Virus record (IMG/VR): IMGVR_UViG_3300034101_003081
Location: 1-64,000 of that record
Strand: one strand, 5' to 3'
From: a virus
DNA length: 64,000 nucleotides
Of this stretch, positions 9,382 through 17,674 are shown piece by piece. Made by a program: the position numbers and the translations under genes. The notes beneath the pieces are model-generated. The model was not told the origin of the DNA and searched no databases. It was given only the letters and a program-made list of their open reading frames with translations. Each line of letters starts with the position of its first letter. Within the stretch, counting starts at the first letter, position 1.

Positions 9382-9956
9382 GACGGCTCCCCTTTGCTGT
9401 AGATGGTGGGCCAGAGTCGCTCAAAGCAATGCGCGACCCTCCAGTCTTCGGTCGCCGAGATGTCTGTCGCCATCGCCCACCACGCTGCACTGCGGCTGGA
9501 AACGTACTCTCCGGAGACAACCATTTGGGCTCCAGCAGAAAACGCTAGCGACCGCGGGCATGCCCCTCGCAGCCCAAGTCTCGCCCACACGTTACGCAGG
9601 CCCAAGTCCTCTGGAGTGTGCGGATGACCGTTCCATGACGTGTCGAAGTGAAACCCAAGCCAGCCGACGCGATCTCGCCTGAGCATGACGGCTTCGGCTA
9701 TCTCGACGAGCCCGATGCAGTGGTCGAACGGGTTGCCCTGCAAGTAGATCGTGTAGTCGCACGGCAAAACGGAGGAGTTATGGAAGCAAAACGTCTCTGC
9801 CTCCCTACCGATGTTCGGCCTGTCAACGACCGTTGCGCCAAAGCATTCCTTAATGCTGGAGCCTTTGTTGTAGATCACAACATCCCAGTCTCGTGGCAGC
9901 ATGCGGACCCACCCAATAGGCTCTGCGTGCCTCGCGATGACAACTCTGACGTTCAT
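9378..9956 (-). CDS. DUF3431-like protein
   Basis: VVIARH.E..W, IYNKG, NIGREA, LQGNPFDH, GAQ..VS and FERLW motifs. Confidence 0.75.
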   Translation of the reverse strand: MNVRVVIARHAEPIGWVRMLPRDWDVVIYNKGSSIKECFGATVVDRPNIGREAETFCFHNSSVLPCDYTIYLQGNPFDHCIGLVEIAEAVMLRRDRVGWLGFHFDTSWNGHPHTPEDLGLRNVWARLGLRGACPRSLAFSAGAQMVVSGEYVSSRSAAWWAMATDISATEDWRVAHCFERLWPTIYSKGEPS

Positions 9957-10558
9957 TCAGTCGGCAGCCCAATCGCCCAGCAGTGACCAGGGTGCGCCGT
10001 GCCAGACGGGTGCGGCACCCGCCGCACAGACTTACCGAGCGACGTCAACTCGGCCTCCACGGCGTCGTACGTGTTGTGGCACTCGACCACAAACACCGTG
10101 CGAGACCAGTTCCCATCACGACTGCACGCCGACAGGATGTCGGCCTCGACTCCTTCGACGTCGATCTTCACAAAGTCAGCCCCGCCTGGGGCGATGCTGT
10201 CCAGTGTCCGACACGGCACGAGCCGCTCCTCAATCGCCGGGGCTGGAGCGCACGCCCCAGCCCCGATCGGATGCGTCTCAAGGAGCGAGTTCTGGTCAGG
10301 GCTCGGCCTCATGTAGAGGGTCACGAAGCCGTCGACCTTCCACGCCGCTGCCGTGACGACCTCGACGCCGTCCGCTGCTTTTTGAGCCAGCGGATTCCGA
10401 TCGTCTGGCTCAACGGCGATCACTTTCGCAAAAGCCAGGGCCAACTCGCAGGCCCAGTCACCACGGTTGGCCCCAATGTCGAGGGCCAGTTGCCGCTCGC
10501 CAAGGCCTGCGATCGCCTGACCAACTGCATCAATCAGCCATGTCTCTTCGATTGGCAC
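9953..10558 (-). CDS. FkbM-family SAM methyltransferase
   Basis: LDIGANRG, AVEP, TLDS, FVKIDVEG.E and VVECH motifs. Confidence 0.9.
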   Translation of the reverse strand: MPIEETWLIDAVGQAIAGLGERQLALDIGANRGDWACELALAFAKVIAVEPDDRNPLAQKAADGVEVVTAAAWKVDGFVTLYMRPSPDQNSLLETHPIGAGACAPAPAIEERLVPCRTLDSIAPGGADFVKIDVEGVEADILSACSRDGNWSRTVFVVECHNTYDAVEAELTSLGKSVRRVPHPSGTAHPGHCWAIGLPTE

Positions 10559-10561
10559 TCG

Positions 10562-10900
10562 CTATACCCTTGAGTAAGAAGCAGCCTCGCTCGTACCGAA
10601 GATGGCCGCCGTCTCGATGCGAGGAAACTCGTACCGAATACGACGCTTGCCCATCCACCGTCGCTCGCATTCCGCGTCACTCCAAGAGTCGCGAATGACC
10701 TTGGCTCGCTCTGCGATCTGCTCTGGAGTCGGATCGTCCTCTCCTGGGCCGTCATGCAACTCTGCGAGTTCCATCTTTCCAGGCAGGCCGCACCGCCTGG
10801 CGAGCGAGTAGACAGCCTGAATCGTCATCGAGTGCTTCGCTGCAATGTCCGTTACCTTCATGGTCGTCCAGACTTGCACCAGTTCGCTTTTCTGGATCAT
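10562..10900 (-). CDS. HTH-like protein, paralog of 5172-5594
   Basis: AGGAG RBS; DIAAKHSMTIQAVYSLARRCGLP...DPTPEQIAERAK..WSDAECERR. Confidence 0.6.
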   Translation of the reverse strand: MIQKSELVQVWTTMKVTDIAAKHSMTIQAVYSLARRCGLPGKMELAELHDGPGEDDPTPEQIAERAKVIRDSWSDAECERRWMGKRRIRYEFPRIETAAIFGTSEAASYSRV

Positions 10901-10999
10901 CGTCGGCTCTCCTTTTGGTGTGATTGGTTCTGTCGAATGGCCCACCCCGCGAGTTCGGCCGATCCGATGCTCGCGGGGCGGGACCACCGGAGGGGCTTG

Positions 11000-11413
11000 T
11001 CACGGAGCGAACTGCTGCACCCAGTACGCTCGACCGTCTGGACCGATGAACCCAGCCACGCCGATGCGGCGATAGCCACGGTTCAGGATGTTGGCGCGAT
11101 GCCCAGGAGACGCCAGCCACACTTCGACGGCTTCGGCTGCCGTCGGCTGGCCAGTGGCGACGTTCTCAGCAACGCGATCTGCGCTGTGCCGCAGCGACAT
11201 TTCGCGAGCCATCCTGCGGGCGTGCCGCCTCGCCGACGACATGAGTCCGCAGTCGACGACGAGAACAGGAGCGCCGTTGCTTGCGCGTGCTTCGTTTGTC
11301 TTGGACACGACCTGGGCTTCACCTGGCGTGAGGACGCTGCACGTCCCGTCGTTTGCGACAGCCGTCGCAGCGAACATGGTCAAGAGCAGAAAGATCGCGG
11401 TGCGTGTATCCAT
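11000..11413 (-). CDS. Secreted CAP/SCP-domain protein
   Basis: Signal peptide; NEARA, ARRHA..MA, ENVA and WLASPGHRANIL motifs. Confidence 0.9.
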   Translation of the reverse strand: MDTRTAIFLLLTMFAATAVANDGTCSVLTPGEAQVVSKTNEARASNGAPVLVVDCGLMSSARRHARRMAREMSLRHSADRVAENVATGQPTAAEAVEVWLASPGHRANILNRGYRRIGVAGFIGPDGRAYWVQQFAP

Positions 11414-11427
11414 ACAACTACCTCGCG

Positions 11428-11835
11428 TTAGGAGTTCTCGAACCAGTCGTCGCCGTGACGCTCGAAGAGACGAACATCCCGACAGCCGACGCTGCGTGCA
11501 ATCGTGACGCAGTACGGTGCAAACACGGCCAGCGGCAGTTGCGGATTGATCGAGCCGTCTGCGACCAGCATCGCAGCGGCCAGGCGAGCGATGCCGCGAC
11601 GCCGATGTGATTCGAGCGTGAACCCTTCGAGGGTCTGCCACGATCGCCACTCGTGCGTTGCTGCCCACGCTACGATCCTCCATGACCCGTCCCGCACAAT
11701 CGCGATCGGTGTCGTCGACCCGAGTCGACTCTGAACCTCTCGCTGGAACTGGCTTCCGTGCTTCGTCAGGCTCGCGACTATCGCCCTTGCGTCGAGGTCA
11801 GAGAGCCTTCCGACGGCCGTGGTTATCGCTTCCAT
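11428..11835 (-). CDS. GNAT-like acetyltransferase
   Basis: HRRRGIARL acetyl-CoA-binding motif A. Confidence 0.5.
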   Translation of the reverse strand: MEAITTAVGRLSDLDARAIVASLTKHGSQFQREVQSRLGSTTPIAIVRDGSWRIVAWAATHEWRSWQTLEGFTLESHRRRGIARLAAAMLVADGSINPQLPLAVFAPYCVTIARSVGCRDVRLFERHGDDWFENS

Positions 11836-11858
11836 ACTTCTCTCTGTCAATGGCTTTT

Positions 11859-12134
11859 TCAGTTCGTCGTGATCACAAAAATCGGCAGGTCTCGGCCAAC
11901 CAACTCAGGCACCGTGTGTTCGCTGAGGTAGTCCACTGCTTGCTCGTGCGAGAGCCCCTTGTTCGCCATGACGATCTCGACGCATGCCTCGTAGTCGTAG
12001 ACTGCGACTGGCCTGACTCCAGACGAATGGCCGATGTAGGCTTCCGAAAGACCCTTGGCAACGAGGGCTTTTGGGTTGACCGCCAGCAACTCTTGATACA
12101 CTTCACGCTCTTCCGGCCTTCTGGCGGCGATCAT
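11859..12134 (-). CDS. Conserved phage hypothetical protein (paralog of the C-terminal half of 13903-14391)
   Basis: GLSEAYIG...VAVYDYEAC...GLSHEQAVDY. Confidence 0.6.
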   Translation of the reverse strand: MIAARRPEEREVYQELLAVNPKALVAKGLSEAYIGHSSGVRPVAVYDYEACVEIVMANKGLSHEQAVDYLSEHTVPELVGRDLPIFVITTN

Positions 12135-12248
12135 GCTGCCTTCCTTTTGGTCTAATGACTTTCCGCCAGACTCCGTCGACGAGAACCAACTCGTAGACCG
12201 GCTTCCGAGACGGCTTTTCTGGCTCTGGCGGCCAGTTTTTTCTCGAAG

Positions 12249-12539
12249 TTATGCTTCCCATACTGAGTCGAGAACCTTCTGGGCTTCTTCTTTACTCGTG
12301 ACGACCTCGGCAACGGCGCCGGCTTGTTCACGAATCTCTTGCATGACGTGCTGCTGGAGCGGCGTCGGCTTCTTGCCGGGCTGTTTGACCTCAAGAAACA
12401 CGGCCCGGCCAGCCTTGACGCAGAGCAAGTCTGGGATGCCGGCTCGCTGAAACGCGCCACCGGCGATCTTGAACGTCCACCAGCCATGAGACTTGGCAGA
12501 CTTGACGATAGACTTGGTGATCGCAGTCTCAAGGGGCAT
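12249..12539 (-). CDS. VRR-NUC nuclease / Holliday junction resolvase
   Basis: GIPDLL...FLEVK.PGKKPTPLQ. Confidence 0.85.
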   Translation of the reverse strand: MPLETAITKSIVKSAKSHGWWTFKIAGGAFQRAGIPDLLCVKAGRAVFLEVKQPGKKPTPLQQHVMQEIREQAGAVAEVVTSKEEAQKVLDSVWEA

Positions 12540-13044
12540 TTCTTTTAGCCTCCCAGGCGCGAGCCACCCCTTTGCTGATCTTTTCTCGGATTTCAGGAGA
12601 ATGAGTCCTGCCGAGCATTGTCTGCCGTAACTTCTCTCTCGCACTTAACGAAAGAGGCTTGCCAGTCCTGGCTTGCCGAATCTTCTCCCTGGTCTGCTCA
12701 GAGTGAGGCTGCCCTGTGCGGTATTCTCTGATCTTCTGGCGAGACTCTTCGCTTTGGCGATAGCCAGTTCCGCCAAGCCCGCCGTGCTTGATGTTGTAGG
12801 TCGCCGTAGAAGAGACCCACAACTCCGACACGAGTTCCTTCTCTTTGGCGTAGGCCTTCTCGGCAGTCCTGAAAACAAAGAGCGTGCGTCTCTCGAACGC
12901 ATCTCGGCCGTGCTTGGCAACTGCGGCCTCAAGAATCGCGCCGCTGCCTAAGTATCCGTCGAACTCAGTTCCACTCTGACGGTGGACGCCGATGTACTTC
13001 TTGCCGTTGACCTTGTTGATGGTCTCGTAGACGATCCAGGGCAC
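12529..13044 (-). CDS. GIY-YIG homing endonuclease with NUMOD3-like repeats (Seg-like)
   Basis: IVYETINKVNGKKYIGVH, YLGSG, YNIK.GG; HSEQTREKI-type repeats. Confidence 0.85.
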   Translation of the reverse strand: MPWIVYETINKVNGKKYIGVHRQSGTEFDGYLGSGAILEAAVAKHGRDAFERRTLFVFRTAEKAYAKEKELVSELWVSSTATYNIKHGGLGGTGYRQSEESRQKIREYRTGQPHSEQTREKIRQARTGKPLSLSAREKLRQTMLGRTHSPEIREKISKGVARAWEAKRNAP

Positions 13045-13092
13045 GAATCAGTCCTCGCGGGTTCCCCTCCGCGAATGACGATGCGACGCTTT

Positions 13093-13887
13093 TTACGTTC
13101 CAATCCTGTATTGAGGCGCACACCACTCGTGATACCAGTCAAGCGGTTCGCTCATCGCAAACATCTTCGCCCACTCTTTTAGGTAGAAGTTTGCAGTAGA
13201 CTCTGACTCGATAATTACGGCATTTTCTCTACTGCGAGTTCCGTTGGAGGTCGGGTTGAACGATCCGGTCCATACGGAGTACGGCTCAAAGCAGTGCGAC
13301 ATCGACCGATCGTCGAAGTGGCACTTGCAGGCTACGGCAAACTTGTGGTGCATTCGAGGCACCGCCACCTTGCGACTTGCGATTGAGAGCCCCGCACAGC
13401 GAACAGCGTCCACTGCGTCGTCCCATGATGTTGACAGACTGCTTGCAATTGAAGGGAGACTGTGTCGATATACTCCGCATCGCAGTCGACCGTACGCAGC
13501 GCGAAGTTCTGCGTTCGACTGTGGCGAATGGCCGCTGTCCGGTCGCAGAAAGTCTTCTTTTTGGACAATGACTTGGCACCCTTTTTCGAGGCCAGCAAGG
13601 GCGTCAAGAACATTGCGGTTTGTCAGCCACGCAAAGCAGCAAAATACAAAGTCAGCCTTGCGAATCCAATCTGCCATTTCATGCTCAAGGTTTCCCGTCA
13701 AAGTCGAGAAACTCTTGATGTCTTCATGGCGTTGAACTTGACAGCCATCGCCGCTCGCGTTGATCGGGACATCGTCGCCGTCTGCGTTGTGTATCGAGGC
13801 TGCGTTCCAGTTGAAAGCCCCCCCAAGCGACTCGTGTTTCTTGTAATACTCAAACCCGACGGACAGCCAAGGCGGTTGGTTTCTCAT
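13093..13887 (-). CDS. Phospholipase D-family (single HKD) nuclease-like protein
   Basis: AWLT, MHHKF, WTGSFNPT and SRENA motifs; the canonical Asp of HxKxxxxD is replaced. Confidence 0.8.
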   Translation of the reverse strand: MRNQPPWLSVGFEYYKKHESLGGAFNWNAASIHNADGDDVPINASGDGCQVQRHEDIKSFSTLTGNLEHEMADWIRKADFVFCCFAWLTNRNVLDALAGLEKGCQVIVQKEDFLRPDSGHSPQSNAELRAAYGRLRCGVYRHSLPSIASSLSTSWDDAVDAVRCAGLSIASRKVAVPRMHHKFAVACKCHFDDRSMSHCFEPYSVWTGSFNPTSNGTRSRENAVIIESESTANFYLKEWAKMFAMSEPLDWYHEWCAPQYRIGT

Positions 13888-13902
13888 TGCTTACACTCCG
13901 TT

Positions 13903-14391
13903 TCAGATAAATAGAGGTCCGTTCTCTCCCACATACGCCCCGAGCGTATTGAGCGAGAAGAACTCTTCAGCCTCGTCCTCGGTCATGCCGTCACGCCTGA
14001 CGAGGATCGCGATGCACTTCTTCACGCTGTACACGGCGACGTGCGGGCGGTGATGGTTGCTCGTGTGCCCGATCAGGGCCCGCTCGAAGCCGTCGGCGAG
14101 GAGGGCGTCTGGATTGATCTCTGACAGGGCCTCGACGATCTCGTCGTATCGAGCAGCGTCTTCCGATAGAGGAGTCCAGCGGTCGTCGCCGTGGACGTCG
14201 CCCATCTCGGCCACGAACCCGTCTTCGCCGGGCATGGCTGGGGACGGGTTTGGAAGGAACATGTACCAAGTGCCGTCTTCGATCCAGCCTGCAAACACAC
14301 GGCTGCCGCCTTCTCGCAATCGCTGTGAGACGACCACGACTGCCTTTTCTGCCGGGACCTGCACGGACGCTGTAGTCCATGAGATGCTCAT
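13903..14391 (-). CDS. Two-domain phage hypothetical protein
   Basis: C-terminal ADGFERALIG...VAVYS...EAEEFFSLNTLGAYVGENGP domain. Confidence 0.65.
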   Translation of the reverse strand: MSISWTTASVQVPAEKAVVVVSQRLREGGSRVFAGWIEDGTWYMFLPNPSPAMPGEDGFVAEMGDVHGDDRWTPLSEDAARYDEIVEALSEINPDALLADGFERALIGHTSNHHRPHVAVYSVKKCIAILVRRDGMTEDEAEEFFSLNTLGAYVGENGPLFI

Positions 14392-14870
14392 GCAATCACC
14401 CACGGCCGATGCAGCGATTCGAGTTCCACGTACTTCTCTGACTGATACGTGCCGACGAGAGACTTGATGACCTCTTCGGCTGAGATGAATCCGAGAATCT
14501 CGACCGTTCTGTACTCGGGATCAGCCGTCCTGGCGGCCCACACGATTTTTCCAGCGTCCTTGCATCGGACCTTGACCGCATTTCGCGTCCGGACTCTCCG
14601 GACCTCGATGTCGTCGCCAACGTCAGCCAGGTGCTTGTACTTGGCGTGATCGCGTCGAGCCCAGATACCAGCGTGCCAGTACTTGCCGGTGTATTTAGCA
14701 ACGGCAAGTTCGCAGATCGCCGCGGCAGGCTGGGCGTTGCGGTCTTCTTCCATGAGACTGCGGTCGTAGTAGTCCGCGTCGCCGACGCCCCAGTTAGCCG
14801 TGAAGCGGCCGATGCCTACGGCGAAGGCTCGCTCGTATTCCCAGGGCGTGAGAGTGATGGTGGGGTTCAT
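14388..14870 (-). CDS. Hypothetical, possible PD-(D/E)XK-like nuclease
   Basis: ELAVAK...ADVGDDIEVR spacing resembles E...PD...ExK. Confidence 0.45.
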   Translation of the reverse strand: MNPTITLTPWEYERAFAVGIGRFTANWGVGDADYYDRSLMEEDRNAQPAAAICELAVAKYTGKYWHAGIWARRDHAKYKHLADVGDDIEVRRVRTRNAVKVRCKDAGKIVWAARTADPEYRTVEILGFISAEEVIKSLVGTYQSEKYVELESLHRPWVIA

Positions 14871-15388
14871 TTACCCATCGCGATCTTGAAAGATTCGGCC
14901 GCTCTCATCATCGCAAGAAGTTGCTTACTTGCTCGCGTAGGAATCCGATTCGTATCGCATCGCTCTTTGATCAAAGCAATAACTGCCAGTATCTCTTCTG
15001 CAAAGTCGCAGCACAGCATTGCGTCGCTGGCTGGAAATAGGTCGCTTCTCGTGATCTTTCCGGCTGGCTTATTTACGAGGCGACACCCGCCTTCTGCTCT
15101 GGCTCTGCACCAGAACTGCTCTCGCTCTCGCAGTTCCAGCATTGCGACGTCTTCTTCGATGACTTTGAACACTGGAACCAGTCGGCACTCGTAGAGTTCC
15201 TGCCTCCAGCGGTCGTATTCGACATTTGTTCCGAACGCCCACCCGAGAGTGGTGTGGTACTTTTTGCGATCCTCAACCCGCGTCGTGCATCCAACGTAGC
15301 GGCACTGCCCATTCCTTGGGTCGATGAGTTCGTACACCAGCCCGACCTTTGAGCCTTCTGCGTTTCTCTTGAATGGAGCGGTTGCCAT
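14867..15388 (-). CDS. GIY-YIG domain protein
   Basis: VYELIDPRNGQCRYVGCT..R...H, REQFW and LVN motifs. Confidence 0.75.
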   Translation of the reverse strand: MATAPFKRNAEGSKVGLVYELIDPRNGQCRYVGCTTRVEDRKKYHTTLGWAFGTNVEYDRWRQELYECRLVPVFKVIEEDVAMLELREREQFWCRARAEGGCRLVNKPAGKITRSDLFPASDAMLCCDFAEEILAVIALIKERCDTNRIPTRASKQLLAMMRAAESFKIAMGK

Positions 15389-15401
15389 GCTTCTTCTCCT
15401 T

Positions 15402-16328
15402 CTATGCGCCAACCTGGGAGACCCTCTTCCTCGCCAACTCCACGTACTCAGCGTTGAGTTCGATGCCCATGCCGTCGCGGCCTAGAGCCTTGGCGACGGC
15501 CAGCGTCGTGCCGCTTCCGGCGAACGGGTCCAGCACGACACACGGAGAGACGGACGCATTGCACTGACACGCCGGGCTCCAGCCGATGGTCTTGGTCTCG
15601 ACGCCGGCCACCGTGTTGGCACACGAGTTTCCCGTGCCCCTCTCGCCCGTTCGCTTCACGTACTGGTTGGGCCGCTTGCGGGCGATCTTCCGCTTCTCGA
15701 TCTGACGCTCGTGCGGAGCCCCGCAGGCCGAGCAGGCTCCGTACTCGCTCGTTCCAGCCTGGATGCAGAGTTCCGCCAGGGCCGTCGGCATCGTGGCGAA
15801 GTGAGCCCCGGCGTACGGCGTCGAAGCGATCCGCCAGACGCTGCGGCGGTTCTTGCCAGTCGGCGACGAGTCGGACTCTTCCTTGATCGCCTCGGCGTCG
15901 TAGAAGTAGTCGCGAGACTTGGTGAACATGAACACGTACTCGTGGGCCCGCGTGCAGCGGTCAGAGACGCTCTCGGGCATCGGGGAGGGCTTGGCCCACA
16001 CGATGTCCTGGCGAAGCATCCAGCCGTCTGACTGGAGCGAGCGGGCGACCATCCACGGGAGGCCGAGCAGTTCGCCGTTCTCGTAGACGTCACCGAGATT
16101 CAGCCACAGCGTGCCGTCGTCGCGAAGCACCCGCTTGACTTCGTGGAACACTGCCACGAGGTCCGCGATGTACTCGCCGCCTTTGAGTCCGATCTCCTGC
16201 GGCTTGAGCGGGTCGGCCTCGCCCAGGTACGACCGCTGGGCGTAGTACGGCGGGCTCGTGACAACGCAATGGACGCTTGCGTCGTCCATGCTGCGGAGAA
16301 CCGTCGTGGCGTCGCCGTGGAGAATCAT
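15402..16328 (-). CDS. DNA N4-cytosine/N6-adenine methyltransferase (beta class)
   Basis: TSPPY precedes VLDPFAGSGTT; HFATMP; Cys-containing insertion. Confidence 0.9.
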   Translation of the reverse strand: MILHGDATTVLRSMDDASVHCVVTSPPYYAQRSYLGEADPLKPQEIGLKGGEYIADLVAVFHEVKRVLRDDGTLWLNLGDVYENGELLGLPWMVARSLQSDGWMLRQDIVWAKPSPMPESVSDRCTRAHEYVFMFTKSRDYFYDAEAIKEESDSSPTGKNRRSVWRIASTPYAGAHFATMPTALAELCIQAGTSEYGACSACGAPHERQIEKRKIARKRPNQYVKRTGERGTGNSCANTVAGVETKTIGWSPACQCNASVSPCVVLDPFAGSGTTLAVAKALGRDGMGIELNAEYVELARKRVSQVGA

Positions 16329-16440
16329 GCTTCGATTCGATCCGTCGATGTCAAAACGTCGCGGGGCGGCTCGCACAACCAGCCCCGCGACGCTCGGAGT
16401 CGCCATCCAATGGCGTGCGTAGCGTATCCGTACAACCCGA

Positions 16441-16929
16441 TCAGTCAATCTTTTTTTTCGACAGCCACTCGGCGGCTGCCTCGGCCACGACCGTCCGCTT
16501 CGCCATCTTCACAAGATCGCGAACGTACCACTCATTGCCAGAGTTCCAGACTTCGTCGAACGTCTTGCCAGCGAATCGTCCCTCGCGAAGTACGAACTGC
16601 CTGGCAGACTTGTCCGCCTCGTCGAGCAGGCCAGGGATGGGATTAATGAGCCAGGTCGTCATACACCACCACCCGCACATGACTTTCCACTTGGGCTCGC
16701 CGTCGATCTTCAAGACTTCGACGAGGTCGACGACTTGCAGGCCGCACGTCTCGCACGAGACGTGGCCCTCGATCGAGAGCATGAACCCAACAGGCGGCGA
16801 CGGCGGCGGCTCCCATGCCTTCGGCTGCGGGTGTTCTTCCGCCTGCTTCTTGCGGCTGGCCTTCTTTTTCTTGCCGTCCTCGTCCTGCGTGGGAGCGATC
16901 TCGAACAGCAGGCTATTTTTTGCGGTCAT
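16441..16929 (-). CDS. Hypothetical Zn-finger protein
   Basis: CETC...CGWWC, plus GRFAGKTFDEV motif. Confidence 0.55.
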   Translation of the reverse strand: MTAKNSLLFEIAPTQDEDGKKKKASRKKQAEEHPQPKAWEPPPSPPVGFMLSIEGHVSCETCGLQVVDLVEVLKIDGEPKWKVMCGWWCMTTWLINPIPGLLDEADKSARQFVLREGRFAGKTFDEVWNSGNEWYVRDLVKMAKRTVVAEAAAEWLSKKKID

Positions 16930-17674
16930 TGAGAACCCCTTCGATCCACTCTTTGTAGTGACTGATTCGCGCGTGGGCAGACTCTTCCCCCATTTTTGCC
17001 CTTGGGCTGCGGCCCTCGACCATCAGGAACGAATTGATGCCAGCCAGTTCGTTTCCGAGAAACAGTCCGCCGCCTGAGTCGCCTGGGGAAATTAAGAACT
17101 CAAGTTCTGTCCTGCGATGCGAGCCAACGGAGCAGATCAGCAGGTCTCGCTCGGCGCGGTCGATGACGTTGCTGCCGGCCCGCTTCTTGCCGTCAAAGTC
17201 TGCGGCCCCCGTGTGGAACGTGCCGTTCATTCCGTACCCGGCAATGCTTGCGACGCGGCCTGGTTCATCCTTGAGCCCGTGCAGAGGAGGGTAGAAGTCC
17301 AGCGAGAAAGGCTTCTCGACCTTGCCGACTGCCAGGTCTCCCTCGCTGCGTGCTTTCTGGCCGAAGTCAGGATGCGAGACAATCTCGGCGATCTCGTGCT
17401 TCGATCCGTCGTCGCACAACACGAAACAGTCAACGCATCCATCCACGACGTGAGCGGACGTGATTACGAATCTCGGCGAAACAATCACGCAACTGGCCGT
17501 CTGCTCGTTTCCAGTTTTGGCATTGCGGCACACGAGTTTGGCGACGCACTTGAACTTTTCACCGTACTCGCGGTGCCGCTCGTCGTCTTTGCGGGGGTCG
17601 ATCGTTCCGGCGATCGCGGCAATTGCAACGACGACCATGGAAACGGCAACGAGTTTTAGGCGGGCAAGTTTCAC
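16913..17674 (-). CDS. Trypsin-like (S1) serine protease with N-terminal signal/TM
   Basis: Catalytic triad TSAH, GDLAV, GDSGGG; GTG start overlaps the helicase stop. Confidence 0.9.
   Translation of the reverse strand: MKLARLKLVAVSMVVVAIAAIAGTIDPRKDDERHREYGEKFKCVAKLVCRNAKTGNEQTASCVIVSPRFVITSAHVVDGCVDCFVLCDDGSKHEIAEIVSHPDFGQKARSEGDLAVGKVEKPFSLDFYPPLHGLKDEPGRVASIAGYGMNGTFHTGAADFDGKKRAGSNVIDRAERDLLICSVGSHRRTELEFLISPGDSGGGLFLGNELAGINSFLMVEGRSPRAKMGEESAHARISHYKEWIEGVLNDRKK

Noticed and set aside
12249-16328. Restriction-modification or defence island (methylase plus four nucleases)
   Set aside because: Each gene is a common stand-alone phage replication-region gene; nothing shows cognate pairing.
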